Of a DNA stretch of 64,000 nucleotides, positions 53,701 through 64,000 are shown piece after piece. The stretch covers positions 2,170,001-2,234,000 of the forward strand of contig CATNEN010000034.1 in the NCBI GenBank assembly GCA_950097015.1, in the 5' to 3' direction. The first letter of the stretch is position 1. Every line of letters begins with the position of its first letter. Source of the stretch: Macrostomum hystrix (Eukaryota; Animalia; Platyhelminthes). Made by a program: the position numbers and the translations under genes. The notes under the pieces are model-generated. The model was given only the letters and a program-made list of their open reading frames with translations, searched no databases and was not told the DNA's origin.

Positions 53701-56700
53701 TCTTACAATCTCTTACAATCTCTTACAATCTCTTACAATCTCTTACAATCTCTTACAATCTCTTACAATCTCTTACACTCTCTTACAATCTCTTACAATC
53801 TCTTACAATCTCTTACACTCTCTTACACTCTCTTACACTCTCTTACAATCTCTTACAATCTCTTACAATCTCTTACAATCTCTTACAATCTCTTACAATC
53901 TCTTACAATCTCTTACAATCTCTTACAATCTCTTACAATCTCTTACAATCTCTTACAATCTCTTACAATCTCTTACAAGCTCTTACAATCTCTTACAATC
54001 TCTTACAATCTCTTACAATCTCTTACAATCTCTTACAATCTCTTACAATCTCTTACAATCTCTTACAAGCTCTTACAATCTCTTACAATCTCTTACAATC
54101 TCTTACAATCTCTTACAATCTCTTACAATCTCTTACAATCTCTTACAATCTCTTACAATCTCTTACAATCTCTTACAATCTCTTACAATCTCTTACAATC
54201 TCTTACAATCTCTTACAATCTCTTACAATCTCTTACAATCTCTTACAATCTCTTACAATCTCTTACAATCTCTTACAATCTCTTACAATCTCTTACAATC
54301 TCTTACAATCTCTTACAATCTCTTACAATCTCTTACAATCTCTTACAATCTCTTACAATCTCTTACACTCTCTTACACTCTCTTACAATCTCTTACAATC
54401 TCTTACAATCTCTTACAATCTCTTACAATCTCTTACAATCTCTTACAATCTCTTACAATCTCTTACAATCTCTTACAATCTCTTACAATCTCTTACAATC
54501 TCTTACAATCTCTTACAATCTCTTACAATCTCTTACACTCTCTTACAATCTCTTACAATCTCTTACAATCTCTTACACTCTCTTACACTCTCTTACAATC
54601 TCTTACAATCTCTTACAATCTCTTACAATCTCTTACAATCTCTTACAATCTCTTACAATCTCTTACAATCTCTTACAATCTCTTACAATCTCTTACAATC
54701 TCTTACAATCTCTTACAATCTCTTACAATCTCTTACAATCTCTTACAATCTCTTACAATCTCTTACAATCTCTTACAATCTCTTACAATCTCTTACAATC
54801 TCTTACAATCTCTTACAATCTCTTACACTCTCTTACAATCTCTTACAATCTCTTACAATCTCTTACAATCTCTTACAATCTCTTACAATCTCTTACAATC
54901 TCTTACAATCTCTTACAATCTCTTACAATCTCTTACAATCTCTTACAATCTCTTACAATCTCTTACAATCTCTTACAATCTCTTACAATCTCTTACAATC
55001 TCTTACAATCTCTTACAATCTCTTACAATCTCTTACAATCTCTTACAATCTCTTACAATCTCTTACAATCTCTTACAATCTCTTACAATCTCTTACACTC
55101 TCTTACAATCTCTTACAATCTCTTACAATCTCTTACACTCTCTTACACTCTCTTACACTCTCTTACAATCTCTTACAATCTCTTACAATCTCTTACAATC
55201 TCTTACAATCTCTCGATACAATTCATAAATGTCGTTAAAATGAATCGCTCTTTACTTTTTCAGCGAGAAAATCTTCGGGATCACTAAAGGCACGTCTAGC
55301 GCAATCACATGCGATGGTAACAGTCCAGTCTCCGATCAGTCTTTTCCATTGGTTTACTTCGGTATCCTAGACAACAGGCTATCTCAGCTGTGCCTGAACG
55401 CATCAGCGTATTCTAAAAGCCCTCCCCTACCACTGCTGTTCTCAAGCTTTACTTCGCCCCAGGCCTATTCTGATGCGTCAACAGCCACGGCCGCAAGCAT
55501 GATGGTGTTCGCGAAAGCTTATTTGTACCAACCGTCGACTAGGGCCTCCTTATCCTGTGCTGAGGCAAATGTGTTACAGTTCTCCGCACCCAATGTCACC
55601 GTTGTGGCTGCGTACGGCACAGCTGTCACAAGTGTGCCCTGCCTGACTGCCACTGGTGAGAAGCATGTCTAGATTCATATTTTTATTCGCTCTTTATGAA
55701 TCAAGAAATGCAATAGCGGCCTTATCATACTGCGCTGGTTCAGCTAGATCTCGTTCTCGTAGTTTTGTCGAAACTCTAGGTTTTAATTTATTCATTGTGC
55801 AAACAAACGCTCATAATTTTCTTCTAACTTTCAATTACGAGTCTAAGTTCTATTGGCTACCAAATGAGTAATTCTCATGAAAGCAACCAAAAAATGAGAT
55901 GGGGCACTCAAACAAACTTGGATGCTTTCTGTAGACCTAGTCCTTTACTCTAGAACGAGTGCAAAGTGGATCTAATAGTGTGGAGAGCGAGGTGTGAAGA
56001 AAGTGGGTGGGGAGACGGAAAGATGTTTGGAGTGTACATAGACATCGACTGGTTGCTAACTTTTGAGGTTCCTTAATCAAAATGGGACATGTTGATAATT
56101 GCTTTTTTCGATCCACAATAGAGAAACTGCGAGCTGTGGGCCTGTTGCGCGCGAATTGGTTCTCTCATATTGACTTCGTTCTTAAATCCAAATTTAGTAC
56201 CAGTCCATCGCAGGTACTGATCCAAAATTCATTGGCAAACATCTTTCCTGCCACCGAAATTCAATTAAGTATAAAGTTCTGCTGCTTTTACAAGCTATTG
56301 TGGCACAAAATGCACTTTGGCTTTTGGGCAAGCAAGAAGAATAGGCAACAAGCTTCAAAATATGAACAGTCATACGTACATCAAAAAACTGTATTTTGTG
56401 GATTGTCCAAATGTTCACCATATAGACTTTTTAAGAGCTTTTGAAGTTATTAAAAGTAGCTATATTATTATCACTATTGTTATTATTATTATTCATATAT
56501 TATTCTTATTTTACATTGATTTCGATGTAAAATAGTTCGCTTTTATACCTCAGGCACGCCAGTAGAGCCTCCAACAGAGCCGAATGCGACTTGTGAATTC
56601 GGCTGGCTGAACGTAAATGGCACCTGCTTCCAGTTTACCGCCATGGCCATGAGTTACACCGAGGCCAATGCGTTCTGCAACTACTTCAATGCAACTTTGG

Positions 56701-59700
56701 CCACGCCATCGAATCAGTTCGTGCTTCAGGAGCTGATAAGAGCTTCTCGTTTCTATGGCTACACTCGCTTTGGCGGCGCCACTCAGGGCTACGGATTCTG
56801 GGTTGGCGTGGCTGACAGAACAGGTGTAAACCAGTTCGACTCGGCCAGTGGCGCACCGGTCACCTACCTACCAATGGCCTGCGATCTGACGGTTGGCCAA
56901 TTGGACTTCCGAGACCAGAGTTCTACCATCAACTGCTTCGAGCTGTTCACCGAGTCAAACCCACAGAGTCGAGAACTAGCTATGGCAGCCAACTGTTCCG
57001 TTTACACTCGCCTCGTATCTTCCACCGCGAACAGCAGCGCGGACGGCTTCCAGATCCAAGGCACCTCCGCCTATCGGCTGCAGAAGTGCAACGAACCTCT
57101 TGCTGGCGCTCTGTGCGAGCGGCCTGCCTACAAGCCAGGTAAAAATTTCGCGCGCCTGTTGCGTCGCTATTAAGTTGTCTTGCTTATTGTTTTAAGCACT
57201 CTGATTAAATAAATGAGACAATGAAACTGTTTAAGTATCTAATTACACGCGCATTTTGAGTTAAAAAGGACCTCTACCTGATCCAAGACCAACCACAATC
57301 TAAAATGAAGCGACTCGATTTTTTGCCTAAAAATATAGTTTTCTACGGCTGCTACCACATCGACTGGAAGGCCCTCACTAATACGGACCTGCCCGAGCAG
57401 GACCAGTGGCTACACGTGCGCCAGTGCCAGGCCATTTGCTACGCCGGCTTCAAGGAGTTCGCTGCCCTCACGCCGGATCGCTGCCTGTGCCTGAGCGAAA
57501 GCCAGCTGGTGAACTCCACCTACGTGCAAAATATTGACATCGAGCTGTGTCCCAACACCTGTTCTGGCAACCGATACCAGTCTTGTGGACAGCTTGGTGC
57601 AAAGTTTAACTTCTCGGTAGTCTATGCATCAGTCTACAGGATAGGTACCAAGTTTTCGTCTTAACCTTTTAAAATTCATATTAGCATTTTTTATACTTCC
57701 GAAATGTTAGTCAAAGTTTATTTTACTCGTTCAAAAGCCTTTTTAACACGATAAGCAATAAACTGGCAGTCAGAAAAGCCATTAAGTTAATCGGAAAGGC
57801 AGAGCACGTTTGTGTGGACATGCGGCTTCCGGTCCAAGGCAGGCAATGAATGGGAAGCAGGCTGCTTTTGTTTGACATACAAGCTAATCAGAAATTGTCT
57901 TACTGAACAAAAAACATTTAATTCAACTCAAAATTGTTTGATTTTGCTTTTGCCATTTGCATTATTAATTAAATTAGCAAATGAAGAATGAAAGAAAATA
58001 AAGTTCATTGCATCAAGGAAGAAGTAAGGAAATGATGAAAATTGTTATACGCACGCTACTATCGATCAGTGAATGCACTCAACGCATGCCGCACTCAAAT
58101 CTTCAGATCCCCAGGTTCAAGAGCTGTCAGCAGCTTCCTGCCTCGCTCTGTTTACAAAAGGTTTCTATCGCTCGGGCTTCTACATTGTCAACAATGAAAG
58201 AAAGTTCTGCTATTTGGCTGGTAAGCTGTCGTTGTGGCGCTGTGATTCTGATTGTGGTCATGGGGACGCTCGCTGTTTTCTGGGTCGCTACACTTTTATT
58301 AGATCCTTTTGGTTTGAGAAGCACATGGTTGAGATCAATGAAAAATGAATTTTTTTTGTTTAGACAACACGACGGCATGCAGCACCGGCTTCGCGTTCAA
58401 CGGCTCTTGCTTCGAGTTTACATCTCAGTTGGTTCCATTTGAACAGGCCAAGAACTCGTGCGCTGTGCGCGGCGGTCATTTGGCAAGCTTTCCAAACAAT
58501 GAGCACCTGGAATTTCTAACCGCAGTCTTGTCTAGTAAGTTCCGTAGCAAGGCTGATTAAATACCTTTGAAAGGTTTCCAGTAGGGCTAAGACAAAAATG
58601 AATGATACGACTGAGTGTTGACATGAAGTGCTGAGATTAAATTAACTAAGGATTCAATAAACAACATGCTACATCATGATTATGCTTTATTGCAGACTCA
58701 TACAGGCTCACCAATGCAACTCATTGGTGGTTGGGCCTCACGGATCCGAGGGGCCTCAAAACACCAATGTGGCTAAACGGTCGGCTCTACCTGAACAGCT
58801 ATTCGACGCGAACCAACAGCTACTTTCTCTTAGTTCGAGATACGAACTTTACTGTAGTGGATGCACCCCTAAACTACACTGGCAGCGTTAGTGGCACAGG
58901 TTTTAAGCTCATCAAGGACTTGTTAATTAACACAGCAACGAAGCGCACAGTTGGTGCCTTCGCCTGTCAGGTTGATAACAAAAATCCTGGCTGCCTGCAG
59001 AAGCAATGGGATCCGCATGCCAACAACGCCAGCAGTAGGACTTTCGTGTCTAGTTTCATGACTCTCAGCATGTGCAGATACCTGTGCTTTTCTGCTGATT
59101 TCCAATATAGCTCGGTGAACAATCGCACCTGTATGTGCATAAATGAGCTTTCGAAGGTGTTCAGCAGTACTACGGCGATTAACTACTTCCGTGTGCCTGA
59201 TAACGAGAATGGTACAGTGTTTCTAAACTGTGATATGCCCTGTCCGGGTAATAACGACCAGTTCTGTGGCTCATCGGCTGGCTACTGGAATGTGCACTTT
59301 TCAGGTAAGGGGATCTTAAAAAAGGGATGTCTTTTCTGTCACAGTAAAAATGGTTGTGCCAAGACCAATTAATGATGTCGTTAAGCCTTGTCGTTATTGT
59401 GTAATAATTGTGTCTGCATTCATCTCTACCATTGTCAGGAATTAGTTATTTTTTACCATTTTCTTTAGATGTACTGGCTGCGGAGAACTGCTCAGTTCTG
59501 TACGCTAATGACATTCATTACCGGAGCACGTATAAGCTATACAATTCAACCGCAAGTTCATTTTATTATGCGGAGTGCGGTTTCACAGGTATGCATTTTT
59601 ACAAGGAAAATTTTTACAAGTAAAATGACACCTCAGGCAAACTGAGGCCGAATGACGATTTTTCTAATTCCAGACGAAACACAATGTCCGACCGCTTGGT

Positions 59701-62700
59701 ACGCATTCAACGGAGCCTGTTTCACCACCGCGAATGCGTCCATGGCAGAACAAGAGGCCTGGCGTTTCTGTATGGATAATAACAGCTTTCCGGCGACATT
59801 TCGTAACAACAAAGACTACGACTTTGTGCAGAACCTGACTTCACTCCTGCCGTATCATGCAAAATTTGCAAACTGGCTGCTTGGTTATACCAAACTGGAT
59901 CAGCCGCTTTCACAATCACCAGTCATTAGCGTCGCTGCTGACTTTGTCTTGTACGCTGGAGAGCCTGGCACAGTTGGGCAGAGTTCGTACAATCAGGGGA
60001 CGTTCGCTAGATACTACTTTTCAAATGGGTCGGTCTATAAGTCAGCTGTGACCTATAACTCAGTGCCCATTTGCTTGATTCCTTATGGTAAGTATCTTCC
60101 AGGCATTCAAAGTAAAAAATTCTGCATCTTTTGCTCACCTACTCATTGCGAAAGTGCTTATCGCACTTAGTGCTTATCGTATTATATCATAAATGGAGTT
60201 CGGCAGCATAGACTCAGGTGTGAAAGAGCTCTAGAATTTCTAAAAAAAGTATCATTGCTGAATCCTCCTGTGGCCTCTATTCAGACTTCGTCAGTTGTGA
60301 ACCTGTGTTAGACCCAGCGAACACAGTCAGCATGCCACAGCCAATGCTGGGGATCAACCTGCCCCAGACGTGCCTGCAGATGTGTCGCACCGGGGCCTAC
60401 AAATACGCGGGCCTTGCAGCCAGCCAGTGCAAGTGCACTAATGCCAGTGTGGGCGCTGCGTCCAGCGGTGCTCTGTCTCAGTGCTTGCAGAACTGCGACA
60501 GAGTCCCGTCTTCCTCTTGTGGCTCAGCGTCTGGAAACCTTTCCTGGTACAACACAGGTACGCTACCAGTAGTTAAGTTTTGTCAATGAATAATCTGTAT
60601 TGTTTTCGCATAATTAAACTCACAAATCGCTCTGTCATCGGTAGGAATCCTACAGAACGGAATGTCGAGCTCTTGTCACGACATTCTGGGGCTCTTCATT
60701 CAAACTGAGGGACCCCACCGGCTGCAGATCCGAGAGGGCGGGGCGCTCTACACTGCTAGCTGCTTTAACGATGGGTATGAACGAATAGCGTCGTCACTTT
60801 CGCACGCCTAGCTCTCACAAGCCTTCCCTGAGTGCTCTAGGCTTCGCATTTCGCATTCTCATATTTTAATATGTGGATTCGTTTCTAGCTCATTCTTGAA
60901 GATATTTACTTATTTCCATGTGAAAATGTGTTTTATTACTTCATGCATTGCAGGCTAAATACCACTTCAGTACTGATATCTGGTGAAACTGAGGTAAAAA
61001 CCTCGTTTGAAAACGAGACGGTAATCACAGGGTACATCTTTAAAGGTATGAGTTCCTCTTGAATTCTTTACAAATCGGAAATATTGCTGTGCTAAAGAGG
61101 CCAATTAAACTATTTTTTTCCAGACGATGATGCCATTAAGACAGTGCAGCTCTCATTCAGTAACTGGGTACTGCTCAATTCTACAGTGAACGTCATTGCT
61201 TTTTCTAAACAGGTCTGTTCTGCTTGGGGCCAAAAATTGCTCTTTAAACGTTCATAGCGATCTTAAATTCTACTCTATTGCTAAAATAAACCTTTCAGAA
61301 ATATCCTGAGCTCGGAACATTTTTCATGCCGAAGATGGTGCCGCTGCCAATGCCGGTCGTTACTAGATCGTGGCTTAAACTGTCAAAGCTCAGTACTGAC
61401 CAAAAATTCAGTTCCCAGGCAAAGATGACATTAATTGGATATCCGTATTCTAGGTTCAATGGTAATGGCCATGGCTTAGTTATGGTTTAGTTATGAATAA
61501 ACAAAAAACTCGAAAGGATAAAGCTGTTCTACTTGCCTTTGCCATTATATTTCAGTCACCAACAGCTACATTGGCTGTCACTACATTCAAACGGACCCTC
61601 GTGTCGTGGACACCATCATGCCCTACCTGGGGCCGCGCGGAGCTGCAGTCGCTGGAGCCAACGAGAGCAGCTGCATTGACGCCTGCAAGGAGTGGGGGCT
61701 GCCCTACGCTGTGATACAGCAGCGGCTGAGCGACCCGCTAACTGGTAAATAAATACAGTACATTATATTTTACTATGGGGATGGTGTTTTGTAGCGGAAA
61801 ATAATCGTGGGCGAAATTAATTTCAGGCAACGACGCCACGAATTTTGAGCACTGCGGCTCAACTCAGTGGAACTACCTACCGCCATTGAACGTATGCGTC
61901 ACTCTACACAAGAACATGAGGCTGGTGGAGAGCCAAAACTTGACGAGCTCCGGCCCCGGCCCGAATACTCTGACTTTCACCGCTCCTGCCCGCGCCCTGT
62001 GTCAGGAAATCGGAGGCTCGTTGCTTGTCTTGTCCGATCAAGACACGGCAATGAGCCAGATGCTCTATAGTAAGCTATTTAATCCTTCTGGTAGGTATTT
62101 TTGAAGAAAAGAAGCATTAATGTTCTGATTTTTATTATAGAGCAACTTCACCAATTCCACCGAGGACCGTGGATATTTCTGTACAGCAGCCCAGGTATGA
62201 CCAGCCTTGAAACTGAGGACATCCAATGCTGTCCCTAATTACAATTATTTATAACTTTTTAGATAACAAAGTCAGGGGGTTTTCTTCCGGTCTGAGTGGT
62301 CCGATTTTCTACTTTACCCTGACTAGCAACCCGGCACACAATCTAGACATCAGCGGTGCAGTTCTAACCCTGGTCCGGACCATATCTTACCCTGTGCTCT
62401 GCCAGAAGCGTGAGTTGCACTGCAGATGTTTTTTAAAAACAGTTTTCCCAAATCAAACTTCTCGCTAATTCTTGCGAGGCAAACGTTTCTTTCAGCTGAC
62501 AACAGCAGCGCGTACAGCCCTCTTGTGTCCAGTGCAGTCTATACAGGTGCGAATATCATGCAAACAAAGCTTTTAGCATATCTACTCGTTGTACTCATAG
62601 TAGCGTGTAACATTAATTCAGACAAGTGTTTTTGCGCCGTGGACTACGCCTATTACGGTCGGGCCCTCACAGATGAGGTCTGCTCCACTCCGTGCACGAC

Positions 62701-63074
62701 AAGTTTGGCCGAGTGCCGCAACTTCACAGCTCGCGTGCATCGGACCTGGAGTAAGAGTGGCACTCATATACTTGTATTTATTATTAGACCAAGGTCTTCT
62801 GAAACGGAATGAATCACAGAGAGACATTTCTGTAAAACTGCTCCTTCAGATTTGGCCTGCTTTAACATCCCTGTTGTTATGAATGCGAGTCTGGTTGGCC
62901 CCTCACCGCCCCACCTGCGGGTCGGCGAGACAGTCCAGATGGCCTGCGCCTACGGCTACGAGTTTCTGCCGGATGTGATAGACGTCCGAAAATACACCTG
63001 CGATCAGACTGGAAGGTTCGCTTATGTCATCGGCAGTTCATGGTTCTATGAGAAGGATGTAGACGCTTGCGCTA
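44765..63074 (+). CDS. Giant modular extracellular protein (CCP-like x7, WSC x7, C-type lectin x5, fibrinogen-like and discoidin-like modules), at least 2765 aa, continues beyond window
   Basis: 34 frame-compatible exons (8296 nt): 44765-44831 (signal peptide MKNAQPISWFWLCLFALLSTGN), 45861-46151, 46351-46647, 46735-47022, 47123-47416, 48068-48370, 48641-48830, 48921-48982, 49052-49414, 49616-50032, 50489-50668, 51421-51693, 52577-52894, 53083-53539, 55264-55655, 56554-57138, 57339-57644, 58107-58220, 58364-58534, 58696-59304, 59469-59588, 59674-60087, 60285-60557, 60645-60774, 60954-61045, 61124-61212, 61299-61461, 61556-61744, 61827-62069, 62141-62194, 62263-62409, 62496-62546, 62622-62750, 62850-63074. 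WSC cues YxGC..C...C..CxC..C...C..CG; CTL cues C..GW..F.GSCY, WIGL-like and terminal xCE/CQ. Domain calls are by eye. Confidence 0.85.
51081..51258. repeat. 85-bp satellite, 2 copies upstream of exon 12 of the giant gene
   Basis: TTAATCATAAGTAGGCGCATCAATGCTGCAGCAGTTGCTCTGGCAGCCTGTCTATGGCTCGGACTGTGGCAAACCTGCATTC(A/T)AT. Confidence 0.9.
51790..52285. repeat. 85-bp satellite, about 6 copies downstream of exon 12
   Basis: Same unit as 51081-51258; period 85 (51791, 51876, 51961). Confidence 0.93.
53557..55212. repeat. 10-bp satellite (TCTTACAATC)n, about 165 copies, filling one intron
   Basis: Lies between the donor at 53540 and the acceptor at 55263; variants TCTTACACTC and TCTTACAAGC. Confidence 0.98.
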
Positions 63075-63377
63075 GTAAGTTCTGCAATTTAGCACGCATT
63101 GAACTTCAAAATTTTCTTGGAGACTAAACAAATAATTTTTTTTAATAAAAAAGACGAGGTTGTTGAAATCAGTCTCTGTTATTGGAGAGCGTGATTACCA
63201 AAGCGTCATTTGCTGGCCCTTTTGCCAAATTGAATATTCCATAGAATCACAAGCTCTTAGACTACTCGAGTAGTACACAGGGTTCCGTATAGTGTGAACA
63301 TAAAACACGTGTGCAAGTACTTTAGTACGAGTACTTGCATAACGTGTTAAACCGACTGAAATTAAACCACCTCCGAC

Positions 63378-64000
63378 GGGAGAGCGGTAGTGGCAGAGCG
63401 GTTATCGCGTTTGCCTCTAGCACCAAGGTCCCTGAGCTCGATTCCGCGGCGAGGCCAAATTAATTTGAGGGCGCAGCCGTATAGAGAAGGCTTAGCGGCT
63501 TGTCCCGCAATTTACACTTGTGAGGTGACAACATATACAACACAGTGAAAGTGTACACAGCCTGACGATGAGAAAGTAAGGGCAGATGTACACACCTGTT
63601 TGAGTGTTTGCCTGCGTACAGTATCTGTGTGCGTAACTACATAATGGCACAAGACGATAGGGAACCACTGAAGCTAAAGCAAAGTATTTGAAGTACACAT
63701 AGAAATCTCTAAAATAGGGGAACAGCTGCCCTGAAGCTAAACGTTAAAGGATATATATTTATTTTTTTATTCCTGGCGTCCCTTGTGCTTTTGATGCTCT
63801 TACTTTTAACACCTTTGCTCTTCCCTTCCCAGCTCAATAGTTAATTCTTACAAAACTACGTTTACTTTTGTCGAGTAAAATATTGTCAGAAAATATAAAT
63901 AAAGAAGTCAGCACCCATACGAGCGTAGATGGCGTGTGCGTTTTATTAATAATAACAATAATAGCGTGTGTGCTCAGGAGTCAGCGAAATGGGCAGAATT
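63378..64000 (+). mobile_element. tRNA-derived SINE, family 2, interrupted by about 320 bp of AT-rich DNA
   Basis: Head 63378-63640 (GTGGCAGAGCGG...GAGCTCGATTCCGCGGCGAGGCC). The continuation GTGTGTGCTCAGGAGTCAGCGAAATGGGCAGAATT reappears at 63965-64000, matching 12835-12870. Confidence 0.72.

Noticed and set aside
53540-55228. 562-aa ORF (SYNLLQSLTI repeats)
   Set aside because: Pure translation of a stop-free 10-bp satellite; it starts at the GT of a splice donor and lies wholly in an intron.

Overview
Eukaryotic, intron-rich animal genomic DNA, probably an invertebrate. GC-rich exons with satellite-filled introns resemble a free-living flatworm such as Macrostomum, but that is inference only. 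I reconstructed five spliced genes by hand with frame-consistent GT-AG junctions. (1) A minus-strand Cys-less (Pro-loop) pentameric ligand-gated ion channel, about 165-3329, with its 3' end uncertain. (2) A class-2 DYRK kinase, 10155-13716. (3) A selectin-like secreted protein with 2 divergent C-type lectin and 6 CCP/sushi modules, about 17573-24793. (4) A complete cobalamin-dependent methionine synthase MTR, 12 exons, minus strand, 25297-35688. (5) A giant modular extracellular protein of at least 2765 aa in 34 exons (CCP, WSC, C-type lectin, fibrinogen-like and discoidin-like modules), starting at 44765 and running off the right edge. Mobile DNA comprises a very young but internally deleted Mag-like Ty3/Gypsy LTR element inserted in a dead LINE RT, a hAT MITE, a size series of CAAGG-ended MITEs with 8-bp TSDs, another MITE family and two tRNA-derived SINE families. 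About 25 different tandem repeats are present, many filling individual introns. The best candidates for novelty are the nested-domain (domain-within-domain) lectin gene and the signal-peptide-less, Cys-less channel.
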